DNA of 64,000 bases, taken from contig NC_092000.1 in the NCBI RefSeq assembly GCF_044704955.1, positions 2,790,001-2,854,000 of the forward strand. The letters run 5' to 3'. This document shows positions 35,176 to 48,300 of the stretch, one piece after another (positions within the stretch are counted from its first letter, which is position 1; every line of letters starts with the position of its first letter). Position numbers and translations under genes: made by a program. Source of the stretch: Pristiophorus japonicus (Eukaryota). The notes beneath the pieces were generated by a model. That model was not told the DNA's origin. It made no database searches and saw nothing but the letters and a program-made list of their open reading frames with translations.

Positions 35176-38100
35176 CTGGGACATTGGAACCGGTTCTCAG
35201 GGAGGTGGGACCAGTACAAACCAGATGGTCTGCACCTGGGCAGGACCGGAACCGATGTCCTAGGGGGAGTGTTTGCTAATGCTGTTGGGGAGGGTTTAAA
35301 CTAATATGGCAGGGGGATGGGAATTTATGCAGGGAGACAGAGGAAATTAAAATGGGGGCAGAAGCAAAAGGTAGAAAGGAGATAAGGAAAAGTGAGGGCA
35401 GAGAAATCAAAGGCAAAAATCAAAAAGGACCACATTATAACATAATTCTAAAAGGACAAAGAGTGTTTAAAAAAACAAGCCTGAAGGCTCTGTGTCTCAA
35501 TGCGAGGCGCATTCGTAATAAGGTGGATGAATTAACTGCGTAGATAGCTGTTAATGGATATGATGTAATTGGGATTACGGAGACATGGTTCCAGGATGAC
35601 AAAGGCTGGGAACTCAACATCCAGGGGTATTCAATATTCAGGAAGGATAGACAGAAAGGAAAAGGTGGTGGGGTAGTGTTGCTGGTTAAAGAGGAAATTA
35701 ACACAATAGTAAGGAAGGACATTGGCTTGGATGATGTGGAATCTGTATGGGTAGAGCTGCAGAACACTAGTGGGAGTTGTGTACAGACCACCAAACAGTT
35801 GTAGTGAGGTTGGGGATGGCATCAAACAGGAAATTAGGGATGTGTGCAATAAAGGTACAGCAGTTATCATGGGTGGCTTTAATCTACATATAGATTGGGC
35901 TAACCAAACTGGTAGCAATACGGTGGAGGAGGATTTCCTACAGTGTATAAGGGATGGTTTTCTAGACCAATATGTCGAGGAACCAACTAGAGAGCTAGCC
36001 ATCCTAGACTGGGTATTGTGTAATGAGAGAAGATTCATTAGCAATCTTGTTGTACGAGGCCCCTTGGGGAAGAGTGACCATAATATGGTAGAATTCTTCA
36101 TTTAAGACGGAGAGTGACACAGTTAATTTAGAGACTAGGGTCCTGAACTTAAAGAAAGGTAACTTCAATGGTATGAGACGTGAATTGGCTAGGATAGAGT
36201 GGCGAATGATACTTAAAGGGTTGACGGTGGATAGACAATGGCAGACATTTAAAGATCACATGGATGAACTTCAACAATTGTACATCCCTGTCTGGCGTAA
36301 AAATAAAACGGGGAAGGTGGTTCAACCATGGCTAACAAGGGAAATTAGGGATAGTAGTTAAATCCAAGGAAGAGGCGTATAAATTGGCCAGAAAAAGCAG
36401 GAAACCTGAGGACTGAGAGAAATTTAGAATTCAGCAGAGGAGGACAAAGGGTTTAATTAGGAGGGGGAAAATAGAATATGAGAGGAAGCTTGCAGGGAAC
36501 ATAAAAACTGACTGCAAAAGCTTCTATAGCTATGTGAAGAGAAAAAGATTAGTGAAGACAAATGTAGGTCCCTTGCAGTCAGAATCAGGTGAATTTATAA
36601 TGGGGAACAAAGAAATGGCAGACCAACTGAACAAATACTTTGGTTCTGTCTTCACTAAGGAAGACACGTAACCTTCCGGAAATTCTAAGGGACCGAGGGT
36701 CTAGCGAGAAGGAGGAACTGAAGGAAATCTTTATTAGTCATGAAATTGCGTTAAGGAAATTGATGAGATTGAAGGCTGATAAATCCCCAGGGCCTGACAG
36801 TCTGCAACCCAGAGTTCTTAAGGAAGTGGCCCTAGAAATAGTGGCTGCATTCTATAGACTCTGGATCAGTTCCTATAGACTAGAAGGTAGCTAATGTAAC
36901 ACCACTTTTTAAAAAAGGAGAGAGAAGGTGGGTAATTATAGACCGGTTAGCCTGACATTGGTGGTGGGGAAAATGTTGGAAGCAATTATTAAAGATGTAA
37001 TAGCAGCGCATTTTGAAAGCAGTGACAGGATTGTTCCAAGTCAGCATGGATTTATGAAAGGGAAATCATGCTTGACAAATCTTCTAGAATTTTTTGAGGA
37101 TCTAACGAGTAGAGTGGACAAGGGAGCACCAGTGGATGTGGTGTATTTGGATTTTCAAAAGGCTTTTGACAAGGTCCCACACAAGAGATTAGTGTGCAAA
37201 ATTAGAGCACTTGGTGGTGGGGCTAATGCATTGACGTGAATAGAGAATTGGTTGGCAGACAGGAAGCAAAGAGTAGGAATAAACGGGTCCTTTTCAGAAT
37301 GGCTGGCAGTGTCGAGTGGAGTATCGCAAGGTTCAGTGCTGTGACCCCACCTATTTACAATAAACATTAATGATTTAGACGAAGGAATTGAATGTAATAT
37401 CTACAAGTTTGCAGGTGACACTAAGCTGGGTGGCAGTGTGAGCTGTGAGGAGGATGCTAAGAGGCTGCAGGGTGACTTGGACAGATTAGGTGAGTGGGCA
37501 AATACATGGCAGATGCAGTATAATGTAGATAAATGTGAGGTTATCCACTTTGGTGGCAAAAACAGGAAGGCAGAATATTATCTGAATGGCGGCAGATTAG
37601 GAAAAGGGGAGATGCAACGAGACCTGGGTGTCATGGGTCATCAATCATTGAAAGTTGGCATGCAGGTACAGCAGGTGGTGAAGAATGCAAATGGCATGTT
37701 GGCCTTCATCGCGAGGGGATTTGAGTATAGGAGCAGGGAGGTCTTGCTGCAGTTGTACAGGACCTTAGTGAGGCCTCACCTGGAATATTGTGTTCAGTTT
37801 TGGTCTCCTAATCTGAGGAAGGACATTCTTGCTATTGAGGGAGTGCAGGGAAGGTTCACCAGACTGATTCCCGGGATGGCAGGACTGACATATGAGGAGA
37901 GACTGGATCGACTAGGCTTATATTCACTGGAGTTTAGAAGAATGAGAGGGGATCTCATAGAAACATATAAAATTCTGACGGGACGGGACAGGAATGCAGG
38001 AAGAATGTTCCCGATGTTGGGGAAGTCCAGAACCAGGGGTCACAGTCTAAGGATAAGGGGTAAGCCATTTAGAACCGAGATGAGGAGAAACTTCTTCACC

Positions 38101-38330
38101 CAGAGAGTGGTGAACCTGTGGAATTCTCTACCACAGGAAGTTGTTGATGTCAGTTCACTGGATATATTGAAGAGGGAGTTAGATATGGTCCTTGCAGCTA
38201 AAGGGATCAAGGGGTATGGAGAGAAGGCAGGGAAGGGGTACTGAGGGAATGATCAGCCATGGTTTTATTGAATGGCGGTGCAGGCTCGAAGGGCCCAATG
38301 GCCCACTCCTGCACCTATTTTCCGTGTTTC
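35176..38330 (+). mobile_element. Degenerate 5'-truncated CR1 LINE (ORF1 end plus ORF2 pseudogene)
   Basis: Colinear with 31020-34226 but broken by stops and frameshifts; ends in a CR1 3' UTR. Confidence 0.92.
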
Positions 38331-38830
38331 GCAAGGGTCAGGGGTCAAATCCCGGTTTTTGGCGGGCTGAATGACGTCACGCGCCCTCGCGCTGCCCAGG
38401 CGACCAACCGTCCGCGGCCGCCGGGAAACGGGGCGCCCGGTGTGAAGCCGCGGTGCCCGGTTTGCCCCCCCCAGGGCCGCCACTGCCCGCCCCGATGTCT
38501 CCCTCGCCCGGCGGCGCCTCTCACTCACCCGCTGCCGCGCTCCAGCCGCCCGCTCGCCCCCGCCCCCGCCCCTCTTTGGACTGACAAGGCCCAACGCCCA
38601 ATCAGCAAATGGCATCCGCTCTGATCGACGTGGGCTGTCCGGTGGCCGGGCCAATCACAGTCGCGGCGGGCGGGGCTGGGCTGGCTGACTGACAGGTCGC
38701 GCCACCCCCGACCCCCACCGACAAGCTCAGTTACGGAAGCTCATGTGTAACAAACCAGTCAGCGGCGACGTAACTCGCTTGTGTTTCATCAAACGGTTTG
38801 AAGTCTGGTGGCCGTACAAAGCTAGTACAG
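38330..38830. promoter_or_regulatory. CpG island, bidirectional promoter for TMEM205 (minus) and CCDC159 (plus)
   Basis: Very CpG-rich, with CCAAT boxes (~38598, ~38651), a GC box gggcggggc (~38668), and ETS-like cggaag and CRE-like gacgt sites. A minus-strand donor gtgagt at 38528 and a plus-strand donor gttagt at 38831 are candidate ends of the non-coding first exons. Confidence 0.8.
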
Positions 38831-39499
38831 GTTAGTGAGACATAACATGAAACAAAAAGGACAAGATTTAAGTTTAAAAAGAGATCATTTTACTTAAAAT
38901 TGATTTTAGTACTTAAAACATTTGAAAATATACAATATTCATTATATTTGATTACCTTCATACAGTATTTACTAAATGTGAATGAACATTTTTTAATGTG
39001 ACATTGATTTGATTTTTACACGACTTCTTGTCAAGGGAGTTGCTTTGTGAGGGATTGATGTTCAGTATGTGGGAATGCAAGCCGTACCCCGTACCACGCC
39101 ATCCCAACTTGGATCTACTTCACTGCTTCTTCAGAGCTGCGGGCTCACGATCCTGGAATTCCCCATCCCGCACAACTGTGGGAGCACCTTCACCACACGG
39201 ACTGCAGCGGGTCAAGGCGGCGGCTCACCACCACCTTCTCGGGGCATCTGGCGATGGGCAATAAATGAGACCCTTGCCAGCGTCACCCACATCCCAGTAA
39301 CAATTGCATTTTAAAAGTCAGTGAGAACCGGTGACCGGACAATAGTTTGCAAACAGGCTAATGTGGCACCCATTCTCAAAGAAGGTGACATTCAGACCCA
39401 AGCAACGACTGACCAATTAGTCTTTAATATGGTGTAATATAATGGAGTAAACTTCAAGATCATCTGTAAAATAGTAATCTAATAATCAGCAGTCAACAG

Positions 39500-40240
39500 G
39501 AAAAGGAGAGATGCAACGAGACCTGGGGGTCATGGTACATCAGTCATTGAAAGTTGGCATGCAGGTACAGCAGGTGGTGAAGAAGGCAAATGGTATGTTG
39601 GCCTTCATAGCTAGGGGATTTGAGTATAGGAGCAGGGAGGTCTTACTGCAGTTGTACAGGGCCTTGGTGAGGCCTCACCTGGAATACTGTGTTCAGTTTT
39701 GCTCTCCTAATCTGAGGAAGGACGTTCTTACTATTGAGGGAGTGCAGCGAAGGTTCACCAGACTGATTCCTGGGATGGCAGGACTGACATATGAGGAGAA
39801 GACTGGATCGACTGGGCCTGTATTCACTGGAGTTTAGAAGAATGAAAGGAGATCTCATAGAAACATATAAAATTCTGACGGGATTGGACAGGTTAGAGGC
39901 AGGAAGAATGTTCCCGATATTGAGGAAGTCCAGAACCAGGGGTCACTGTCTAAGGATAAGGGGTAAGCCATTTTAGGACCGAGATAAGGAGAAACTTTTT
40001 CACTCAGAGTTGTTAACCTGTGGAATTCTCTACTGCAGAGAGTTGTTGAGGCCAGTTCGTTAAGATATATCCAAGAGGGAGTTAGATATGGCCCTTATGG
40101 CTAAAGGGATCAAGGGATATGGAGAGAAAGCAGGAAAGGGGTACTGAGGGAATGATCAGCCATGATCTTATTGAATGGTGGTGCAGGCTCGAAGGGCCGA
40201 ATGGCCTGCTCCTGCACCTATTTTCTATGTTTCTATGTCT
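39500..40240 (+). mobile_element. CR1 3' fragment (other short pieces at ~3905-4210, 21560-21920, 29225-29540, 43900-44075, 48910-49040, 52806-53005)
   Basis: RDLGVMVHQSLKV...RPHLEYCVQF followed by a CR1 3' UTR tail. Confidence 0.85.
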
Positions 40241-42291
40241 TGTCTGATATATCTTGTCTGACCAACTTCCTTAACATCCCAGTGAACAGTGGAAAGCCCC
40301 ACAATGTGATGTTCCAAAAAGCATGTGCCAAAAAAGTCCCTAATGGAAGACTATTTGTTGAACTCAAAGCTGTGGGAGTCCAGAATCCGAGTTGGAAATG
40401 GATAAGATATTAGCTAAAGCGTAATGAAGAGCTGATGCTTGTTAGAGGAGTTATGTCAAGCTGGAGGAGACGAGGAAGTGTTGGGTAGGGTGCCCTAGAG
40501 ATTGATATTGGAAGTACTGTTGTTTCCACTTTACACAAACACTTAGGATTCAGAAACTTATTGCAAATTGGTCAAGTTTGCAGATTATACCAAAACTAGG
40601 AAAGGCAGTTAATTGTGAGGAGACAGAACCATATCAGACAATACATAACACGGATATGTCATTTGTTACATAGAAAGGAAAAACTAGCCAACATACATAC
40701 TCCATGAATGGTATTGAAATTGTTAAGGATGAGTACTGAAAGAGACCTGTGAGTCTACTAGATTCAATGCTGGACACGTCAGACCAATGCAATTAAGATA
40801 TTGAACTAAAAAATAAAGTCAAGGAAAAGCCTGCTCAAATTATACAATGTTCTAATCAGACACTGATACACAAGGGAGATATTGACGCACTGGCAGTGGT
40901 TTAGGGAAGACATGAGGCAGATTCATCAGCGGTGGTGTGAGGACAGACTGCAGAAGCCTTGAATGAAGGAAACTGAGTGATGCTATTTTTGATATGGAAA
41001 ATACAGATCTGGAAAATTGTTTCAAACTAAATTATGAGAGTAGGACAAGAGGGCACAGGTTCAAACTACAAAAAGTTCTTCCTCACAGAGAGAAACATCC
41101 AGATAGATCAGCGGAGGTGAAAATCCTGGACTGAATGAAGAAACAATTGAACACTGGAGTGGGGGCGGGTATTGTAGGGTCCTTCTAGATTGGCGAAAAT
41201 GGGCCGAATGGCCTTCCTCTCCTGTACTTATCTTGTGATCTTTTTGTGAGGTCACTATCAATCTGGAGTGGGGACCCCAGATTGGGAATGCTGAGAATAA
41301 CTAGTGCCCCCACCACTGCCGTGACACAAGATCAGCTAACGGCCCAGATCAGGGAACCAAAGATGGGATTTTCCTGGTCTGTGTGGACCATTGCCAAACC
41401 ATGTGGAGTATCTACCCTCTCAACCATTTTGAATGCCATGCTTTCAATCTACAACACATGAATGATCAGCTCCACGTACTGCTGGGGAGATTGAATACTG
41501 TGGCTGCAAAGTCTGATACACCAGGGATTCGATGTTACTGTACCAGTACAAATTCTCAAGACTCTCAACAACCGGCGGGTCAATTTTGTAAGATAATTGA
41601 TTTTTGCTACTCCTCTCTACTGCTGTAATCTGTAATCACGCCATCATAACATAAATTTCAACGCTCCCAGTGGGGAGTCAGACACGATGGGAGCATGGGT
41701 CAGTGACAGCTTTACAACACTAAAGCACCAATTCTCTGGCTGCTGAATTTAAATTCAATAAAAAATGAATCTTTTTACAATGAACAATAATATACCAGAG
41801 AGCACTGAACTCTTGTTTTCATATTATATCATGTAACTTCCTCAATATATTCTATATTACAAGAAACAATCAGGAGAGTCACAGATAGCCTAGTGCTGGA
41901 AAGTAACACAAATAGAGAATGGCCCCAGAATTACCGTTGGCAAATGAGTTTGCTTAAAGAAGATACCAAGCTTTGAGAGGCTCCGTGACCATTATTAGCC
42001 TTCATCGTCGCTGGGTCACAATCCTGGAACTCCCTCCCTAACAGCACTGTGGGAGCACCTTCACCACACGGACTGCAGCGGTTCAAGAAGGCGGCTCACC
42101 ACCACCTTCTCAAGGGGCAATTAGGGATGGGCAATAAATGCCGGCCTGACCAGCGACGCCCGAGAACAAATTTTTAAAAAAGATTGCTAGGAAGCAGTGG
42201 TAAAGAGAGGAGCAATTTGTAGTGGAAAAACTGTCTGAAATGCAGTGTTGAATTTTTGTGCTTTGCTTTTGCAGTTTGATAAATTTGAGAG

Positions 42292-42351
42292 ATGAATACT
42301 GATATTTCTCTCATGTCTCGGATAGTCACAGACAGCGATGGGGATACTATG
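42292..42351 (+). CDS. CCDC159: CCDC159 coding exon 1
   Basis: Acceptor ttttgcag (exon starts 42275), in-frame TGA just upstream of the ATG, MNTDISLMSRIVTDSDGDTM, donor gtaagt. Confidence 0.65.
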
Positions 42352-45300
42352 GTAAGTCAGCGCTGCTCACATTAGACAAGTCCAAGGTCCACGTGCCTCA
42401 TGTGGCCTCCAGGCAACAGCGTGCAAGGTTAACACCGGCAAGCGGCGATCCTCACAAGGGCTGCTTGGGACAGCCGAGTATGACATTCAGTCCGCCTCCT
42501 CGCTCACCTCTTCTCTTTTATTTTCCTTTCTCTTCCTCATCCTTGTTTTCAAATCCCTCCATGGCCCTCGCCCCTCCCTATCTCTTTAATCTCCTCCAGC
42601 CCCACAACACCCCCCCCCGAGATGTCTGCGCTCCTCTAATTCTGCCCTGATTATAATCGCTCAATCATTGGTGGCCGTGCCTTCTGTTGCCTGGGCCCCA
42701 AGCTCTGGAACTCCCTCCCTAAACCTCTCCGCCTCTCTATCTCTCTCTCCCCCTTCAAAAGGCTCCTTAAAACCTACCTCTATGACCAAGCTTTTGGTCA
42801 CTTGCCCTAATTTCTACTTGTGTGGCTCTGTGTCAAATGTTTTCATCTCATAATACTTCTGTGAAGTTCCTTGGGATGTTTCACTACATTATAGGCGCTA
42901 TATAAATAAAACCTGTTGTTGCTTATCATCATTCTTGGGCTATGGGATCTACAGGCTTTAGTGCGTGTTCAATGGAACACTGGGATCAGTCGACCCAACT
43001 CTTGTAAAAAGTGCTGTGTGGTATCCAAATTTCTCAAACATGATTGAACTGTAACCTCCTCCAACCCTACAACCCTCCAAGACCTCTACGTTCCTCTAAT
43101 TCTGGCCTCTTGTGCATCCCTGATTTTAATCGCTTCACCATTGGTGGTCGTGCTGTCAGCTACCTGGGCCCCAAGCTCTGGAATTCCCTCCCTAAAGTTT
43201 TCTGCCTCGCTATCTCTTTCGCTTTAAATATGCCTCTTAAAACCTACCATTTTGACCAAGCCTGTCCTAATATCTCCCAATGTAGCTCGCTATCAAATGT
43301 TGCCTGATTATGCTCATGTGAGGCGCCTTGGGACATTTTACTGCATTAAAGACGCTGTATAAATTGTTTTTTTGAGCCTGGCCCAGCTCACGGCCTTCTG
43401 AGCCTTCCCGAATTGGGCTCCTGGGCCTGGACACGGGCTGACTCCTAACAGTAGCTCAACAACGAAGGTGGCAAACAGATCAGCCTGCACTCGGTCAGTG
43501 TGGCCCAAAATGCTGTGCAAAATAGCCAGCCCCGGTAATAAAGGTGTGCTCTCACTTAGGCCGAGCCAGGGGAAATAAGTGCTCAAAGTTCTGGTCAGCA
43601 TTTGTGGTCCACTGCAGACACTGGGCCGGCACATCAACGGCAAGACCGTATAATCCAGGCATTGCTCAGCGAGAGGGCCATGCTGCGGCCCACCTGCTGC
43701 TGAGACTTCACATAAAAAACAGCAGCGGTGGAGATCACTGCAACAGGCAGCTATGCCAGTGAATCCCAGGATCACTCACCAGGACCAGCTCCTGGGGTGT
43801 CGGTAAGCTGAGGTCAAGCTCGCTCCCACCCACCCACCCATCCACTCTGCGTGGCTCTGTGTTATGCATATACCATGCCGCATGCACTGTATATCTGTTT
43901 GTTGAGTATATTCAAGGCTGAGATTGATAGATTTTTGGACTCAAGGGGAATCAAGGGATATGGGGATCGGACGGGAAAGTGTGGAGTTGAGGTCAAAGGT
44001 CAGCCATGATCTTATTGAATGGTGGAGCAGGCTCGAGTGGCCATATGGCCCACTCCTGCTCCTAATTCTTATGTTAATGCCAATTGATTTATCATTTCTA
44101 ACTGAGAAGTTACGGGGGGGGGGGGGGGGGTGGGGGGAGAGGAAATGAAAGTGATTCCAGGCATCAGAAGGTTGGGTTTGTTTCCTTTGGAAATAAGATT
44201 TCAATATGATCTATTTGAAATATCAAAATTATTTGAGGGGAATTGACAAAATAGATCCAGGCAAAGTGTTCACTAAAGCAAAGGTTTCAATTACCAGGGA
44301 AAGTGAGGCCATTCAGTGGTGGAAGGGTCTCTCCTAGTCCTCACCCAGTGCCCACACTCACATACTATCCAACACAGGCCACTGGATAGTGATGGAGAGC
44401 AGGAACCCTGGCTGTTTCTCCCCCTCTCCCCGAGTCAGCTGTAGTACCCTCCTGCTGCCGAGTGTGCTGATAGCGGTTAACCCAGAACCGGAATGGATCC
44501 TGGGAACCTACTGGTCTGACTTGGGGAGGCAAGAGCATTCAGGAACAAATATAGCATGATCTGAACCATAGCTCTAGAATTCATCGAGATGGTTAAACAG
44601 GATATGTTACTTGGGAAGCAGGAGGGTGAAAGGATACGTGTGTAAAGAGATAGATTAGCCCTTGCTAACAAAGTGCTGTCGCAGGCTGTTTGCGGCAAAT
44701 GGCTTGTTCCTGTGCAGTGTACAGAATGAGTAAAGTTGGAGCCAGTCGCAAACTCTTCTGGAAGTTGGTTTTGAGTCACTGATATTATTTTCTTCCTTTG
44801 CAGCAGACGTTGAAGTTTGGCGGGTGTCACCAGAAAGGTGGGGACAGATATGTGTTGATATTTCAGACCTTCAATCCACCAGCAGCAGTGTTTGTCTTGA
44901 TTTTTTTTAAAAAGCCGCCATTTGATCAGGGGGTCTGATGAAACTTTCTTGCGTTTCAGACGCCACGTTTAATAAGGTGCGGAGTTTCAGTGACACTCAC
45001 GCGGGATCAACACCAGACAGCAAGCACCTGACCGATGAGCTCGAGGTCATCAAGTTCCACATTGAAGTCCAAACCAGAGTATGGCTCAAGCAGCAAAGCT
45101 GTTTTTTGTGACTTCTCAAGTTATTCCCTTCTCCTGAACTGTTGCCCTCCATGAACACCCATAGTCCCGTTACCCTCCGTGCAGTATCAGCCGTGACTCA
45201 GTGGGCAGCACTCTCGCCTCCGAGTCAGAAGATTGTGGGTTCAAGTCCAACTCCAGGAACTTAAGCACAAAAATCTAGGCTGACACTCCCAGTGCAGTAC

Positions 45301-48300
45301 TGAGGGAGCGCCGCACTGTCGGAGGGGCAGTACTGAGGGAGCGCCGCACTGTCGGAGGGGCAGTACCGAGGGAGTGCCGCACTGTCGGAGGGGCAGTACC
45401 GAGGGAGCGCCGCACTGTCGGAGGGGCAGTACCGAGGGAGCGCCGCACTGTCGGAGGGGCAGTACTGAGGGAGTGCCGCACTGTCGGAGGGGCAGTACTG
45501 AGGGAGTGCTGCACTGTCGGAGGGGCAGTACTGAGGGAGCGCCGCACTGTCGGAGGGGCAGTACTGGGGGAGCGCCGCACTGTCGGAGGAGTAGTACTGA
45601 GGGAGTGCTGCACTGTCGGAGGGGCAGTACTGAGGGAGCACCGCACTGTCGGAGGGGCAGTACTGGGGGAGCGCTGCACTGTCGGAGGAGTAGTACTGAG
45701 GGAGTGCTGCACTGTCGGAGGGGCAGTACTGAGGGAGTGCCGCACTGTCGGAGGGGCAGTACTGGGGGAGCGCTGCACTGTCGGAGGGGCAGTACTGAGG
45801 GAGCGCCGCACCGCACTGTTGGAGGAGTAGTAGAGGGAGTGCTGCACTGTCGGAGGGGCGGTACTGGGGGAGCGCCGCACTGTCGGAGGAGTAGTACTGA
45901 GGGAGTGCTGCACTGTCGGAGGGGCAGTACTGAGGGAGCGCCGCACTGTCGGAGGGGCAGTACTGAGGGAGCGCTGCACTGTTGGGGGTGCTGTCTTTCG
46001 GATAAGACATTCAGGTGGACGCAAAAGATCCTATGGCACTATTTCGAAGAAGAGCAGGGAAGTTCTCCCCGGTGTCAGGCCAATATTTATCACTGAATCA
46101 ACACAAAAACAGATGATCTGGTCATTGTCACATGGCTGTGTATGGGAGCTTGCTGTGCCCAACTTGGCTGCTGCGCTTCCCACATTACAACAGTGACCCC
46201 AAAAGTACTTCATTGGCTGTAAAGCGCTTTGAGACGTCCGGTGGTCATGAAAGATGCTCTATAAATGCAAGTCTTTTCTCAATACACCACTAGCCCCGTT
46301 ACCCTCCATGTCACATGCTCCCAATTATGAGGTATCTTTTGGCTCACGATCCATCACTTTCTGCATGGCACCTTCCTGCGATCAGTTATCCATGCATAAT
46401 GCACTCCCGTGTATCTTATCTTGTGTGTAACACGCTCACTAACATCTATTATCCTGTCTAACATTACTCTTCCATGAGTGAGCCTCGATGGCAGAGCCGT
46501 GACACCCCTGGAGTAGCGAGCGGGAGATTTGAACCTCGGCCTCTGAGTGCTGGGTTAACAACCATTGCATTTTATCAAGTGGTGTGACCCTCATCCCATG
46601 GCATCTGGCTATTCGGGATTGAGAGTCAGGCTAATCACACGGCCACGTAAAGAAACGGGGTTCTGTTACAGAACAAGCCAGAGCACAATCTGCTGGAGGT
46701 AAACAGCAGTGGCACAAATGGTTTGCCTTCTGTGTCGCTAAAAAGACTTGCGTTTATATAGCGCATTTCATGAGCAGCGGACGTCCCAAAGCACTTTACA
46801 TTTTTTTAAGTATAGTCACTATTACAATGTAGTAAACATGGCAGCCAATTTGCGCACAGCAAGCTCCCACAAACAGCAATGTATGACCAGATAATCTTTT
46901 TTTAGCAATGTTGCTTATGGAAAAAATATTGACCGGGGAGAACTCCGCTGCTCTTCTTCGAAATACTGCCATAGGATCTTTTACATCCAGCTGAGAGAGC
47001 AGAGGGGTCTCAGTTTAACATCTCATCGAAAGATGGCACCTCCAACAGTGCAGCGCTCCCTCAGTACTGCCCCTCCGACAGTGCGGCGCTCCCTCAGTAC
47101 TGCCCCTCCGACAGTGCGGCGCTCCCTCGGTACTGCCCCTCCAACAGTGCGGCGCTCCCTCAGTACTGCCCCTCCGACAGTGCGCCGCTCCCTCGGTACT
47201 GCCCCTCCGACAGTGCGGCGCTCCCTCGGTACTGCCCCTCCAACAGTGCGGCGCTCCCTCAGTACTGCCCCTCCGACAGTGCGCCGCTCCCTCGGTACTG
47301 CCCCTCCGACAGTGCGGCACTCCCTCGGTACTGCCCCTCCGACATTGCGGCGCTCCCTCGGTACTGCCCCTCCGACAGTGCGCCGCTCCCTCGGTACTGC
47401 CCCTCCGACAGTGCGCCGCTCCCTCGGTACTGCCCCTCCGACACTCCCTCGGTACTGCCCCTCAGACAGTGCGGCACTCCCTCTGTACTGCCCCTCAGAC
47501 AGTGCGGCACTCCCTCAGTACTGCCCCTCCGACAGTGCGGCGCTCCCTCAGTACTGCCCCTCCGACAGTGCGGCGCTCCCTCAGTACTGCCCCTCCGACA
47601 GTGCGGCGCTCCCTCTGTACTGCCCCTCCGACATTGCGGCGCTCCCTCGGTACTGCCCCTCCGACAGTGCGGCGCTCCCTCAGTACTGCCCCTCCGACAG
47701 TGCGGCGCTCCCTCAGTACTGCCCCTCCGACAGTGCGGCGCTCCCTCGGTACTGCCCCTCCAACAGTGCGGCGCTCCCTCAGTACTGCCCCTCCGACAGT
47801 GCGCCGCTCCCTCGGTACTGCCCCTCCGACAGTGCGGCACTCCCTCGGTACTGCCCCTCCGACATTGCGGCGCTCCCTCGGTACTGCCCCTCCGACAGTG
47901 CGGCGCTCCCTCAGTACTGCCCCTCCGACAGTGCGGTGCTCCCTCAGTACTGCACTGGAGTGCGAGCCTAGATTTTTGTGCTCAAGTCTCTGGAGTGGGA
48001 CTTGAACCCACGACCTCTGACTCAGAGACGAGAGTGCTGCCCACTGAGCCACAGGACCCCCACCCCCCGCCTTGTGTAATGTGCTCCCCACAGCTGCGAT
48101 TCTCCACATAGCAAACTTTGTAATGGGTTCCTAGTTAATCATCTTCCTGTATGTCCGTGTGCCCCATGTAATTGTAACAGGAATTGTGGTGATTTAAACG
48201 GTGCGTGATGCCGGCGAGTGGGGGGGCTGCTCATGTTCTCACGTTTTACTTTCTTCCTTAGACCATCGAGTCCCTGAATCAAACAGTCAGCCTCTTGGCA

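Noticed and set aside
44861-44959. Alternative acceptor tttcag at ~44866 for CCDC159 exon 3
   Set aside because: It would leave an intron of only ~29 nt after exon 2.
45241-48109. Long ORFs of repeated SLSTAPPTVRR / PQYCPSDSAAL / HCRRGSTEGAP (also at 23.7, 51 and 60.5 kb)
   Set aside because: Consequence of a 33-bp unit that is stop-free in five of six frames. They overlap on both strands, are intronic and lack exon signals.
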